From Myxococcota bacterium (GTDB taxonomy: Bacteria > Myxococcota > JACRCW01): DNA of 28,426 bases. A program made the translations under genes and the position numbers. The stretch covers positions 1-28,426 of the forward strand of contig JBFMGU010000137.1 in NCBI GenBank assembly GCA_040752415.1, given 5' to 3'. The notes under the pieces are model-generated. The model was not told where the DNA came from. It saw only the letters and a program-made list of their open reading frames with translations, and did no database searches. Position 1 is the first letter of the stretch. Every line of letters starts with the position of its first letter. Below, one piece after another: positions 1 through 8,416 of the stretch.

Positions 1-163
1 CGACGACGGTCCAGGTGGGACCCGCCGCCTTCACCCGTCGGGTGAGGCCGGCGTCGCCGGGGGGGAGCAGGGCCCAGTCGTCGGGGGGCGTGAGGAGGGT
101 GCCGTCGGGCGCGCGGACCTGGCGGGGATGGTGCGTGGGAGAGACGGTGCGGCTCTGGTGCAT
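1..163 (-). CDS. DUF2293-like hypothetical protein, N-terminal part (runs off the window edge)
   Basis: Not in the ORF track. My translation from ATG at 163 is MHQSRTVSPTHHPRQVRAPDGTLLTPPDDWALLPPGDAGLTRRVKAAGPTWTVV, open to the edge. The W-x-LLPPGDA-x-LTRRVKAAG motif is one I recall from DUF2293-containing proteins. Confidence 0.7.
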   Translation of the reverse strand, partial: MHQSRTVSPTHHPRQVRAPDGTLLTPPDDWALLPPGDAGLTRRVKAAGPTWTVV

Positions 164-209
164 GGCGCGCGTTCTACCCGGTGCCGGCGTGACCGGGGAA
201 CGCCGTCCC

Positions 210-475
210 GGTCACGAAGTGGGTGCGCGGGTGAGTGGCGCCCTGGAGTGCGGTGCAAAACGGGTGAGCGCGCCACGACGTGCAGCACCGCCCTGGATCA
301 GCCCACTCCGACGCCGCGGCGCTCTTCGCGTCCGCGTGGTCCTGGTGCGCACCGTCCCGTCACGACGTCATCAGGCCATCCACCCGATCCAGGGCGGTGC
401 TGCACGTCGTGGCGCGCTCACCCGTTTTGCACCGCACTCCAGGGCGCCGCTCACCCGCGTCCCCACTTCGTGACC
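210..475. repeat. Long inverted repeat IR1 (90-bp arms at 210-299 and 386-475, 86-bp spacer), REP-doublet-like
   Basis: The arms are reverse complements with 3 mismatches. Each contains GGAGTGCGGTGC...GCACCGCCCT, an internal palindrome. Confidence 0.93.
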
Positions 476-478
476 CAG

Positions 479-898
479 CTACTCCGTCGCGGAAACCTCC
501 TTCATCCGCTCCACGAGCACGCCCCAGAAGCTGCGCCCCTCGCCCTGGAAATGCCACCCCAGGTGCACCCGACACCCCGCGCACAGCACCACCTGCCACG
601 CGCAGCCTTCAAACCACGTGAAGTCCGTGGTGGGCTCGTCGATGGGGCTGGCCGCCTCGCAGCGGGTGAGGGTCATGAAGCGGTGCGGGAATCCCACCGG
701 GTTGACACGCTCATGCAGGGTCTTCCCGTCCACGGTGAGCTGGTCGCTCCTCCGCGCCAGGAAGGCGCCGCAACGTGCGCACACGTAGGAGGTGTCCTCC
801 GGTTTCCCGGTGACATCGGCAGTGGGCTGCGCGGCGTCGGGGAACTCGTTATGGGACGGTTCCGATGGCTGCTTGCGCGCGACCCAGCCCGGCAACAC
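479..898 (-). CDS. Stand-alone cereblon-like CULT domain protein (Yippee/Mis18/cereblon beta-tent fold)
   Basis: CARC...NPVGFPHRF...FTWFEGCAWQVVLCAGCRVHLGWHF: two CxxC zinc pairs, the NP motif and the tri-Trp cage. The start is uncertain (GTG 898 chosen; ATG 958 would collide with the divergent ORF). Confidence 0.88.
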   Translation of the reverse strand: MLPGWVARKQPSEPSHNEFPDAAQPTADVTGKPEDTSYVCARCGAFLARRSDQLTVDGKTLHERVNPVGFPHRFMTLTRCEAASPIDEPTTDFTWFEGCAWQVVLCAGCRVHLGWHFQGEGRSFWGVLVERMKEVSATE

Positions 899-980
899 AC
901 CAACTCGCCAGGGGTTGGGGGTCGTGGCAGGATGCGGCCGTCCGTGCGTCAATCCCATGGAGGCAACCTTGAAGAGGACG

Positions 981-1769
981 ATGCGAGGACTGCTGGGCGC
1001 CGTCATGGCGCTGGCTTTTTCCGGTGCTGCGTGGGCCGCGCCGCAACAGCAGAAGCTGACCAAGGCAAGCTTTGCAGATGAGGTGATCCAGTACGAGCCG
1101 ACGTTCTCCGGCGGCCCCACGCCCCGCAACCGCTCCCCCGAGCGTGCGGTGGGCAAGCCCCGGGGTGGTGGCCATGACGTCTCGCTGGGACGGGGCGGGC
1201 TCATGGAGCTGGCATTCCTGGACAACCTGCTCACCAACAGTGGCGACGCGCGCCCCGACCTGCACGTCTTCGAGGTGGGTGAGGACGTGGAGGAGACTTT
1301 CGTGGCCATCATGCCCGCCGACGAGGCCACCGCGCGCGCCGTGGCGGGTCTGTGCCAGGACCAGCGTCGTCCCTTCCACGACGGATTCTGTGAGATCGGG
1401 AAGATCGACGGCGGCACCAGCTCGCTGGACATTGACCAGTACTTTCCCGGCTTCCGGGCTGGTCAGCTGCGCTTCAACGCGGTGCAGCTGGTGGATGACG
1501 AGAACCAGGGCAAGGTCGCCGGGCGCACGGTGGGCGCGGACATTGACGCGGTGGCGGCGCTCTCCAGCGTGGACTCCCCCGACGAGATTCCCGCCACCGG
1601 CACCCCGCTGAGCCTTCCCGCCACGCTGCCGGGCACGCGCCTGCCCGCACCCTCCGCGCCCTCGCTGGGCCAGCCCGCGGTGTCCGCGCCCCCGGTCACC
1701 ACGCCCGGCCAGCCCACGGTGCAGGGCACGCCGGATTCTCCTCAGCTCCACAAGCTCCCGCGCCAGTAA
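981..1769 (+). CDS. Secreted/cell-surface hypothetical protein with a Pro/Thr-rich C-terminal tail
   Basis: GAGGA RBS before ATG 981. Signal peptide MRGLLGAVMALAFSGAAWA. Motifs VSLGxGG...FxDN...PDLxVFExG...GADIDAV are typical of an extracellular beta-sandwich domain family. Confidence 0.75.
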   Translation: MRGLLGAVMALAFSGAAWAAPQQQKLTKASFADEVIQYEPTFSGGPTPRNRSPERAVGKPRGGGHDVSLGRGGLMELAFLDNLLTNSGDARPDLHVFEVGEDVEETFVAIMPADEATARAVAGLCQDQRRPFHDGFCEIGKIDGGTSSLDIDQYFPGFRAGQLRFNAVQLVDDENQGKVAGRTVGADIDAVAALSSVDSPDEIPATGTPLSLPATLPGTRLPAPSAPSLGQPAVSAPPVTTPGQPTVQGTPDSPQLHKLPRQ

Positions 1770-1904
1770 CGCGCCATCCCTTCCACCCCGCGGCCCTCCT
1801 CACGCGTGATGACCTCATGCGCGGGCATGTTCCTGGCCGCCGGCACGGCTCCGGCGCCGTCGCCACGGAAGGGTAAGACTCCTCACATCTCCAAGAGGAG
1901 CATC

Positions 1905-2171
1905 ATGAAGCGGACCAGACGACTGAGCCGGGACGCCACCCTTCACGCCGCGCAGGAGTTTGGGCGCGCCCTCACCGCCATGGCGGAGATCCTGCAGGGC
2001 ACCGAGGGCGCCGACGCGGGTGGACCGGCCCACCGCGAGATCCCGCGCGTGCCGCCGCCGCGGTCGATGTTCTCCGAGGTGGTGGACTGGATGCGGGGGC
2101 GGTGGTCGGCGGTGTTGGCGGTGGCGTTGCTGGCGGTGGGAACGCTGGCGTTGGCCCGTCGGAAACACTGA
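1905..2171 (+). CDS. Small hypothetical protein (88 aa) with a C-terminal transmembrane anchor
   Basis: GAGGAG RBS at 1895-1900. Hydrophobic stretch WSAVLAVALLAVGTLALA followed by RRKH-stop. Confidence 0.6.
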   Translation: MKRTRRLSRDATLHAAQEFGRALTAMAEILQGTEGADAGGPAHREIPRVPPPRSMFSEVVDWMRGRWSAVLAVALLAVGTLALARRKH

Positions 2172-2288
2172 GGCGCGCGCGACGGAACCGCTGCTTTTCC
2201 GCGCGTTTGCACCGGATGGGTGCGTCGCGACGGGAAGATCCGGGCGCAGATCCGCGTTGGGGTTTTGGATCTTCCGCCGGAGATCCTC

Positions 2289-2294
2289 TACGGT
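2289..2294 (+). promoter_or_regulatory. Putative -10 element (TACGGT) of a leaderless transcript
   Basis: TANNNT exactly 6 nt before ATG 2301; no Shine-Dalgarno. Confidence 0.4.
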
Positions 2295-2300
2295 GCCCCC

Positions 2301-2816
2301 ATGACCACCGCCCATGTCTCCCACGTTCCGGAGTTTGGTCGTCGAGCCGCGGCCGCCTGCGCGCCGACGCTGCGTCCGCTGGATGTGGACATGGAGTCGC
2401 TGGAGATCGGCGCCCGCGACGCCAGCGACGAGACGCAGAGCTACCTGGATACCGAGAGCGGCGAGGTGGTGGTGATTCTAAAGGGTGAGCCGGATGCCCG
2501 GCTGCTGCGGGAGCGCGTGCGCCGGGAGCGACAGCGTTTTGCGCAGGTCCCGCCCTTTGGCCTGGCCGAGGAGCGCGCGCTGCTCAGGCAGTTCCTGGCG
2601 CAGACCACGCACGGCAGCGGGCGCGCGCTCCTGATGCGCCTGGTGGATGAGCCCGGCGCGTTCCACGCCTGCCTGGCCGCGCTGAAGGCCGACGCCGCGT
2701 TGTGGCGCGCGTGGGAGCGCTTCGAGATGGCGGGGCTGCGCGGAAACCTGGTGGGCTGGATGGCCGCGCTGGGCCTGCGTCCCACCGTGGTGCTCAGCGC
2801 CTACGACGACGAATAA
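2301..2816 (+). CDS. UPF0158 family protein
   Basis: VDMESLEIGA...SYLDTESGEVV...F..VP...PGAF..F/C...L...W..F pattern, ending in W...LG. Confidence 0.75.
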   Translation: MTTAHVSHVPEFGRRAAAACAPTLRPLDVDMESLEIGARDASDETQSYLDTESGEVVVILKGEPDARLLRERVRRERQRFAQVPPFGLAEERALLRQFLAQTTHGSGRALLMRLVDEPGAFHACLAALKADAALWRAWERFEMAGLRGNLVGWMAALGLRPTVVLSAYDDE

Positions 2817-2904
2817 TCCCTTCTCCTCACAGCACGAGCGTGACCGCGTCCTCAGGCCCGAGGCGCACCTTGACACCGGCGTGCCCGTCGGATTCGGTGC
2901 GTCC

Positions 2905-4911
2905 ATGGGACGCAGGTTCGTGGCCGGGGTGGGCATCCTCGTCGTGGCGCTGGTGGTGCCCGCGGGGCTGATGGCGGAGCCGGACCTGGTGGAGCTGCTG
3001 CCGCACGACGTCAGCGTGGCGGTGGGCCAGCGTGCGTGGGTGCTGGAGGACGCCAGCGCGCAGCTCACGTTGGAGCAGGTACGGGAGAGACCCTTCCGGC
3101 CGGCGGGTAACGCCACCCTACGCTACGGCTATACGTCCTCGGCCTACTGGCTGCGGGTCCCCCTGCGCGGCGGCACGCGCGACGGAGCCTGGCTGCTGGA
3201 GCTGGACTATCCGCACCATGACGTCGTGGACGTGTGGACCCTGGATGAGCTGGGAAATGCGCAGCACCAACGCGCCGGTGAGCGCTTTGACTTCCACCAG
3301 CGCCCCGTGGTGCACCGCAACCTGGTCTTCCCGCTCAACATCCCGGAGGGCGTGGAGCGGGAGCTGATGGTGCGCGTGCAGAGCCAGAGCGCCATGCACC
3401 TGGGCATGACGTTGTGGCAGCCGGTGGCGTTCGCCGAGCGCGTGCAGCAGGAGAACTTCGGGTTTGGCGTGTACTTCGGGGTGATTCTCGCGGCCTTCGT
3501 CTACAACCTGCTGCTGTTCCTGGTGCTGCGTGAGAGCATCTACCTGCTGTTCGTGCTCTTCATCAGCTCGTGGGGGCTGATGGAGATGTCGCTCTATGGG
3601 CTCACCTACCAGTTCATCTGGCCCGGTCAGCCGTGGTGGGCCAAGCAGTCCATCCCGTTCTTCATTGGCCTGTGCGCGGTCTGGGCCATGGCGTTCACCC
3701 GTCGGTTCCTGGAGCTGCGCACCCACGCGCCGGGGCATGTCCCCTCGGTGAGGCTGGGCACGGCGCTGGGCGTGGTGGCCAGTGTGCTGGCGCTGGTCTC
3801 GCCCTACCAGGTGGCGTTGCGCGGCGCGGCGCTGGTGGCGCTCTACGGTCCGCTCACCGGGACGTGGGCGGGCGTGACGTGCTGGCGTCGGGGCTACCTG
3901 CCGGCGCGCTACTTCGTCACCGGCGTGATGGTGCTGGTGATTGGCGTGGTGGTATTCCTGATGCGCGCGTTCCTGATGCTGCCGCAGAGCGTGTTCACGC
4001 AGTTCGCGCCGCAGATGGCCTCCGGGGCGTGCATGGTGTTCTTCACGCTGGCGCTGGGCGACCGCATCAAGACCGCCGACGAGGAGCGCAGCCGCGCGCA
4101 GCGCGAGGCCCTGGCGGCGCAACAGCAGGCGCGCGAGGAGCTGGAGCTGCGCGTGGTGGAGCGCACCCGGGAGTTGGCGGAGAAGAACCAGGAGCTGGCC
4201 ACGCTGAATATCCGCAAGGATGAGCTGGTGGCCACGGTGAGCCATGACTTCCGCTCCCCGCTGGCCATCATCCGCCAGAACGTGCAGACCATGCTGCGCG
4301 ACCTGCGCCACATGGACCCCGAGGACCTGCAGCAGTTCCTGGAAGCGGTGGCGCGCCAGGAGACGCGGCTCAGCGCCATGTGCACGAACCTGCTGGACCT
4401 GGCCAAGCTGCGCAACAAGGGGGTGACGCTGGAGACCATTGACGTCGTCAAGTTGGCGGGCGGCATGGTGGAGGCGTACGCGCCGCGGGCGCGCGGGGCG
4501 GGGGTCCAGCTGATGCTGCACGTGGAGGAGGGGGCGCCCTCGCGGGTGCGCGGGGACGCGGACCGGTTGGGCCAGGTGCTGCAGAACCTCGTGGACAACG
4601 CGCTGCGCTTCACGCCCGCCGGCGGGGAGGTGCGGGTGACCCTGCGCGGCGCGCTCTCCGACGGGAAGACCCGGCTGCAGATGGAGGTGGCGGACAGCGG
4701 GGCGGGTATTCCCGTCGAGGCGCTGCCGCGCCTGTTCGAGCCGTTCTACCAGGTGAGCCAGGCCAACCGCTCCGGACAGGGCAGCGGCCTGGGGCTGGCG
4801 ATTGTGCGCGCGGTGGTGGAGGCGCACGGTGGCCAGGTGACGGTGGAGAGCACCGAGGGGAAGGGAGCCACGTTCCGCGTGGTGCTCCCCGCCGACGTCA
4901 CGACGACGTGA
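2905..4911 (+). CDS. Sensor histidine kinase, 7TMR-DISMED2 + 7TM-DISM + HisKA + HATPase_c
   Basis: YGYTSSAYWLR and ELDYP in the extracellular domain; 7 TM helices ending ALGDRI; H-box SHDFRSPL; N-box QVLQNLVDNALRFT; G1 DSGAGI; F-box LFEPF; G2 GSGLGL. Start is 2905 (ATG) or 2881 (GTG). Confidence 0.95.
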   Translation: MGRRFVAGVGILVVALVVPAGLMAEPDLVELLPHDVSVAVGQRAWVLEDASAQLTLEQVRERPFRPAGNATLRYGYTSSAYWLRVPLRGGTRDGAWLLELDYPHHDVVDVWTLDELGNAQHQRAGERFDFHQRPVVHRNLVFPLNIPEGVERELMVRVQSQSAMHLGMTLWQPVAFAERVQQENFGFGVYFGVILAAFVYNLLLFLVLRESIYLLFVLFISSWGLMEMSLYGLTYQFIWPGQPWWAKQSIPFFIGLCAVWAMAFTRRFLELRTHAPGHVPSVRLGTALGVVASVLALVSPYQVALRGAALVALYGPLTGTWAGVTCWRRGYLPARYFVTGVMVLVIGVVVFLMRAFLMLPQSVFTQFAPQMASGACMVFFTLALGDRIKTADEERSRAQREALAAQQQAREELELRVVERTRELAEKNQELATLNIRKDELVATVSHDFRSPLAIIRQNVQTMLRDLRHMDPEDLQQFLEAVARQETRLSAMCTNLLDLAKLRNKGVTLETIDVVKLAGGMVEAYAPRARGAGVQLMLHVEEGAPSRVRGDADRLGQVLQNLVDNALRFTPAGGEVRVTLRGALSDGKTRLQMEVADSGAGIPVEALPRLFEPFYQVSQANRSGQGSGLGLAIVRAVVEAHGGQVTVESTEGKGATFRVVLPADVTTT

Positions 4912-4920
4912 AAGTGACGC

Positions 4921-5005
4921 GTGTGACGGCGGCTCCCATTGAGCTTGACTGGGGAGTGCCGGCCAAGGGCCATCACTTCGCAGGTGTCAGGTTCACCCGT
5001 GCCAC
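4921..5005. repeat. Short dispersed structured element, 'empty' copy of the element at 21161-21386
   Basis: 4963-4999 matches 21340-21377 with 1 indel and 1 substitution. 4928-4964 matches 21169-21205 at 27/37 ungapped positions. Confidence 0.75.
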
Positions 5006-5029
5006 GGGCAACCTCATCGGAAACCGCGC

Positions 5030-5035
5030 TATGCT
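5030..5035 (+). promoter_or_regulatory. Putative -10 element (TATGCT) of a leaderless transcript
   Basis: TANNNT 6 nt before ATG 5042; no Shine-Dalgarno. Confidence 0.45.
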
Positions 5036-5041
5036 CCGGGC

Positions 5042-6373
5042 ATGGCCATCCTGCTCCTCACCCTGTCCCTCGCGCTCGCCAGTGGCGAAGGCGTGCGGTC
5101 CGTCGAGCGTGCCGGGTATGAACGTGGGCTTGCCGCCGCACGCGTGGGGAAGGATCCCGTGGCCTTGTGGTCCGCGTTGATGCGGATGGCGTGGTTCGAG
5201 AAATCCGTCGACGAGCACGCGCGGGCGATTGCGCTCTCCAACGAAGCACTCACCGTGGCCACGCGACAGCGCAATGACTTCATGATCGGCCGCAGCCTGG
5301 CGTGGCTGGGTTGGTCCTATGCGCACCTGGGACTCTATGAGCTGGCGCAGCGTTGCTATGAACGTGCCGTCGCGCTGGGGGCTCCCGACGGAAAGGTCCG
5401 TCACGTGGCGGTGTGGGGCCTGGCCACGCAGGAGCTGGGATACCTCCACTTCCGCATGGGCCACACGCGCGAGGCCAAGGCGCTCTTGGGCCGCACCGTG
5501 GCGTACGCGCGGGAACACCGGATTCTCGTCGGGGTGGCGGAAGGTGGCGCGCACCTGGCGGAGATTGCGCTGCAGGAAGGCTCCCCGAGCGAGGCCTGGG
5601 GGTTGGCGCGTGAGGCGCTGCGTGCGTCGGAGGAGTGCAACTGCAGCACCGTGAATACCGCGCGCGCCAGGGTCATGCTGGCCCGCGTGGCGGCGGTGTT
5701 GGCGCGGCAGGATCCGGCCCGTCACGCGGAAGCGGTACGCCTCACCGACGAGGCCCATGCCTACGCCACGCAGGTGGGTAGCGTGCGGTCCCAGGCGGAA
5801 GCCCTCCTGGTGCGCGCGTCCCTGCTCCCGCCCCACCGTCACGACGAGCGGCTGCGCGACGTGGCGGCGGCCTTCGAGCTGCTGGAGAGCACCGGGAGCG
5901 AGCTGCGGGGTCGGGCGCAGGTGGAGCTGGGACGGGTCTACCTGGAGAAGGAGCATACCCGCCTGGCTGAGCTGTACATCACCCAGGGGATGAAGGTGGA
6001 CGAAGGGATGTTCCGCACCGTGGACCGCGGGCATTCCCTGCTCACCCTGGCGCAACTGCGGGCGCTCCAGTCCGACGACACCGCGCGTTTGGTGGCCCTG
6101 GCCGAAGCGGCGGACGCGGCGGTTGCCGTGGGGAACACCCCGGTGGCGCTGGAGGCACAGGAGTCCCTGGCCAACGCACTGGCGAAGCTGGGCTATGACC
6201 GCATGGCGTTGGGCTGGGCCACGGATGCGCAGGGGTCGTTGCAGGAGCTGTTGAAGCGGCCCCAGACCCCGGAGCAGGAGCAGGCCCTGCGACGACGTCA
6301 GATCGCCCTCTCGGAGCTCATGGCCAACCTGGCACTCCGGGTGTCCCCCGGGAATGCCCCGGCGCCGCCGTGA
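5042..6373 (+). CDS. Secreted TPR-like alpha-helical repeat protein
   Basis: Signal-like N-terminus MAILLLTLSLALASG. Repeated TPR-like helices (LGWSYAHLGLYELAQRCYERAVAL, ELGYLHFRMGHTREAKALL, ELGRVYLE, LANALAKLGYDRMA). Confidence 0.75.
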   Translation: MAILLLTLSLALASGEGVRSVERAGYERGLAAARVGKDPVALWSALMRMAWFEKSVDEHARAIALSNEALTVATRQRNDFMIGRSLAWLGWSYAHLGLYELAQRCYERAVALGAPDGKVRHVAVWGLATQELGYLHFRMGHTREAKALLGRTVAYAREHRILVGVAEGGAHLAEIALQEGSPSEAWGLAREALRASEECNCSTVNTARARVMLARVAAVLARQDPARHAEAVRLTDEAHAYATQVGSVRSQAEALLVRASLLPPHRHDERLRDVAAAFELLESTGSELRGRAQVELGRVYLEKEHTRLAELYITQGMKVDEGMFRTVDRGHSLLTLAQLRALQSDDTARLVALAEAADAAVAVGNTPVALEAQESLANALAKLGYDRMALGWATDAQGSLQELLKRPQTPEQEQALRRRQIALSELMANLALRVSPGNAPAPP

Positions 6374-6552
6374 CCACGCATCGCAGGGGGATAGCTTCGA
6401 TTTCGTCCCCGGGGTGGGATTCCCCGGGATGGAGCACCAGGCCCGCGCTCCCGCTCCAGGCCAGTCCCCTTGACGGTATCCAGCACCAGCGTGGCGTGTC
6501 ATAACCCTGGCCGCCGTGGCCCACTGGGGGGCAGGCAGGAGCAATCGTCGCC

Positions 6553-8331
6553 GTGGTGGAAAAGACCCTGGAAGAGGACGCGCCGTTGCAGCTCTTGCTC
6601 GTCGAGGATGAGCCCGACCTGCGCAGCACGCTCCGCTACAATCTCAAGCGCGCCGGGTACCAGGTGGTGGAGGCGCAGCACGGGCAGGACGCGCTGGAGC
6701 GCATCGACGCGGCGGGCAGCGCCGTGGACCTCATTGTCTCCGACGTCATGATGCCGGTGATGGACGGCATGGCGTTGGCGCGCCGCCTGCGCTCCATGCC
6801 CGCGTTCGCCGACACCCCGCTGATGTTCCTCACCGCCAAGGGCGAGCCCGCGGACCGGCTGGAAGGCTTCCGCGTGGGCGCCGACGACTACCTGACCAAG
6901 CCGTTTGACATCGAGGAGCTGCTGGCGCGCGTCCAGGTGCAGGCGCGTCGGGCCATGATGGCGCGCAAGCTGCGCAAGCAGGCCGGTGGTGGAGAGAGCG
7001 CGTCCAGCCAGGTGGGGTTGCCCAAGGACCTGTTTGCCAAGGTGGCGGAGTGGGAGCGCCGTTTCCCCCAGCTTGCCGCCATCCGTCGCGACGCCATCGT
7101 CGGGAGCAGCCCGCGCACGTTGTCCCTGCTGCGGGAGATCCTGCTGCGCGCGCCGGGGCGGGACCCCGTGCTCATCGTCGGGGAAACCGGCAGCGGGAAG
7201 ACCGGCGTGGCGGAGGCGCTTTGGCGTTTGGGCCCGCGCGCGGACAAACCGTTCCGGGTGGTCAACTGCGCGGAGCTGGCCAGCGCCGACGCCGCCATCA
7301 CGCTGGGCAAGCTGTTTGGCTACGGCAAGGGCAGCGGGCTGGCGAACATCCCCAAGGACGGCCAGAGCGGCCTGCTCCAGGACCTCGACGGGGGCACGCT
7401 CTTCCTCGACGAGATCCACCAGCTCCCGCTCAGCGCGCAGGCCATGCTGCTCCTGCCGGTGGAAGGCCGCCCGTTCAATCCCGCCGTGGGCAAGGGCCCG
7501 GCGCAGCAGGTGGACGTGAAGTTCATCTTCGCCACCAACATGGACCTGCGCTCGGAGGCGGTGGCCGGCCGCTTCCCCTCCGACCTGTACCAGCGTCTCG
7601 CCGGCAGCCAGATCCGCGTGCCCGCGCTCTCCGAGCGTCGCGAGGACATCCCGGCGCTGGCGCAGCATTTCCTCGAGGAGAGCAAGACCGAGTTCGACCT
7701 GCTGGACGCGGTGTTCGCGCCCTCGCTGATGCGCATGCTGGTGGAGCGCAACTGGCCCGGGAACGTGCGCGAGCTGCGCAGCGTGGTGCGGGAGCTGGCC
7801 CGGCGCGCGGCGTTCGAGATGGAGAGCGTGCTGACCAGCGCGCACCTCCCGGAGGACTGGGAGCACCGGCCGCTGCGCACGCCGGTGGCCACGCCCATCC
7901 CCCCGTCGACGCCCACGCCCACGCCAGCGCCCATGCCCGCGGTGACGACGGGGGAGGCGGACCCCCAGGGCTTCTGGAACGAGGTGGAGATGCCGGAGCT
8001 CAGCGCGCTGCGTCGTCACCGCTTCAAGGTGGCCGCGGCGGAGGCCGAGCTGGGGCTGAGCCAGAAGTCGCGCACCCTCACCAACCACCTGCGCGGCCTG
8101 TGCTTCAAGGCGCTGGCCCACCGGGACTGGAATGAGCGTGAGGCGGCGCGCCTGGTGGTGGGTCGTGACGACGAGGCGTTGCTGGACCGCACCGTGGAGC
8201 GCATCCAGGGCTACCTGGAGATGGTCAAGCAGCACGTGGCGGAGCACTCCACCGCCGCGCTCTTCAAGAACCTCCCGCGCGACTACCGCAAGTACGTGGA
8301 GCAGGCCATCGAGCGCGTGCGCGCCGCGTGA
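6553..8331 (+). CDS. Response regulator with REC + NtrC-type AAA+ + HTH-like C-terminus (atypical bacterial enhancer-binding protein)
   Basis: REC: LLVEDE, SDVMMP, LTAK, GADDYLTKPF. AAA+: GETGSGKT, VNCAEL, TLFLDEI, DLYQRL, WPGNVREL. AGGAG RBS at 6537-6541. Confidence 0.92.
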   Translation: MVEKTLEEDAPLQLLLVEDEPDLRSTLRYNLKRAGYQVVEAQHGQDALERIDAAGSAVDLIVSDVMMPVMDGMALARRLRSMPAFADTPLMFLTAKGEPADRLEGFRVGADDYLTKPFDIEELLARVQVQARRAMMARKLRKQAGGGESASSQVGLPKDLFAKVAEWERRFPQLAAIRRDAIVGSSPRTLSLLREILLRAPGRDPVLIVGETGSGKTGVAEALWRLGPRADKPFRVVNCAELASADAAITLGKLFGYGKGSGLANIPKDGQSGLLQDLDGGTLFLDEIHQLPLSAQAMLLLPVEGRPFNPAVGKGPAQQVDVKFIFATNMDLRSEAVAGRFPSDLYQRLAGSQIRVPALSERREDIPALAQHFLEESKTEFDLLDAVFAPSLMRMLVERNWPGNVRELRSVVRELARRAAFEMESVLTSAHLPEDWEHRPLRTPVATPIPPSTPTPTPAPMPAVTTGEADPQGFWNEVEMPELSALRRHRFKVAAAEAELGLSQKSRTLTNHLRGLCFKALAHRDWNEREAARLVVGRDDEALLDRTVERIQGYLEMVKQHVAEHSTAALFKNLPRDYRKYVEQAIERVRAA

Positions 8332-8416
8332 ATCTCCCGCAGTTTCTGCGTGGTGACGTCGAGCTTGGAAGCCACATCATCCGCGGTTAGCCTCCTTCGG
8401 GAACGGAGGAAGGCTG

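Noticed and set aside
959..1432. Long N-terminal extension of the CULT ORF
   Set aside because: Antisense to the well-supported secreted protein gene at 981-1769.
2233..2275. 9-bp inverted repeat GGAAGATCC/GGATCTTCC upstream of UPF0158
   Set aside because: Could be an operator or terminator stem, but it is too short to support and has no U-tract or second occurrence.
6408..6428. CCCGGGG/CCCCGGG hairpin after the TPR gene as a terminator
   Set aside because: Short GC-only stem with no U-tract, expected by chance at this GC content.
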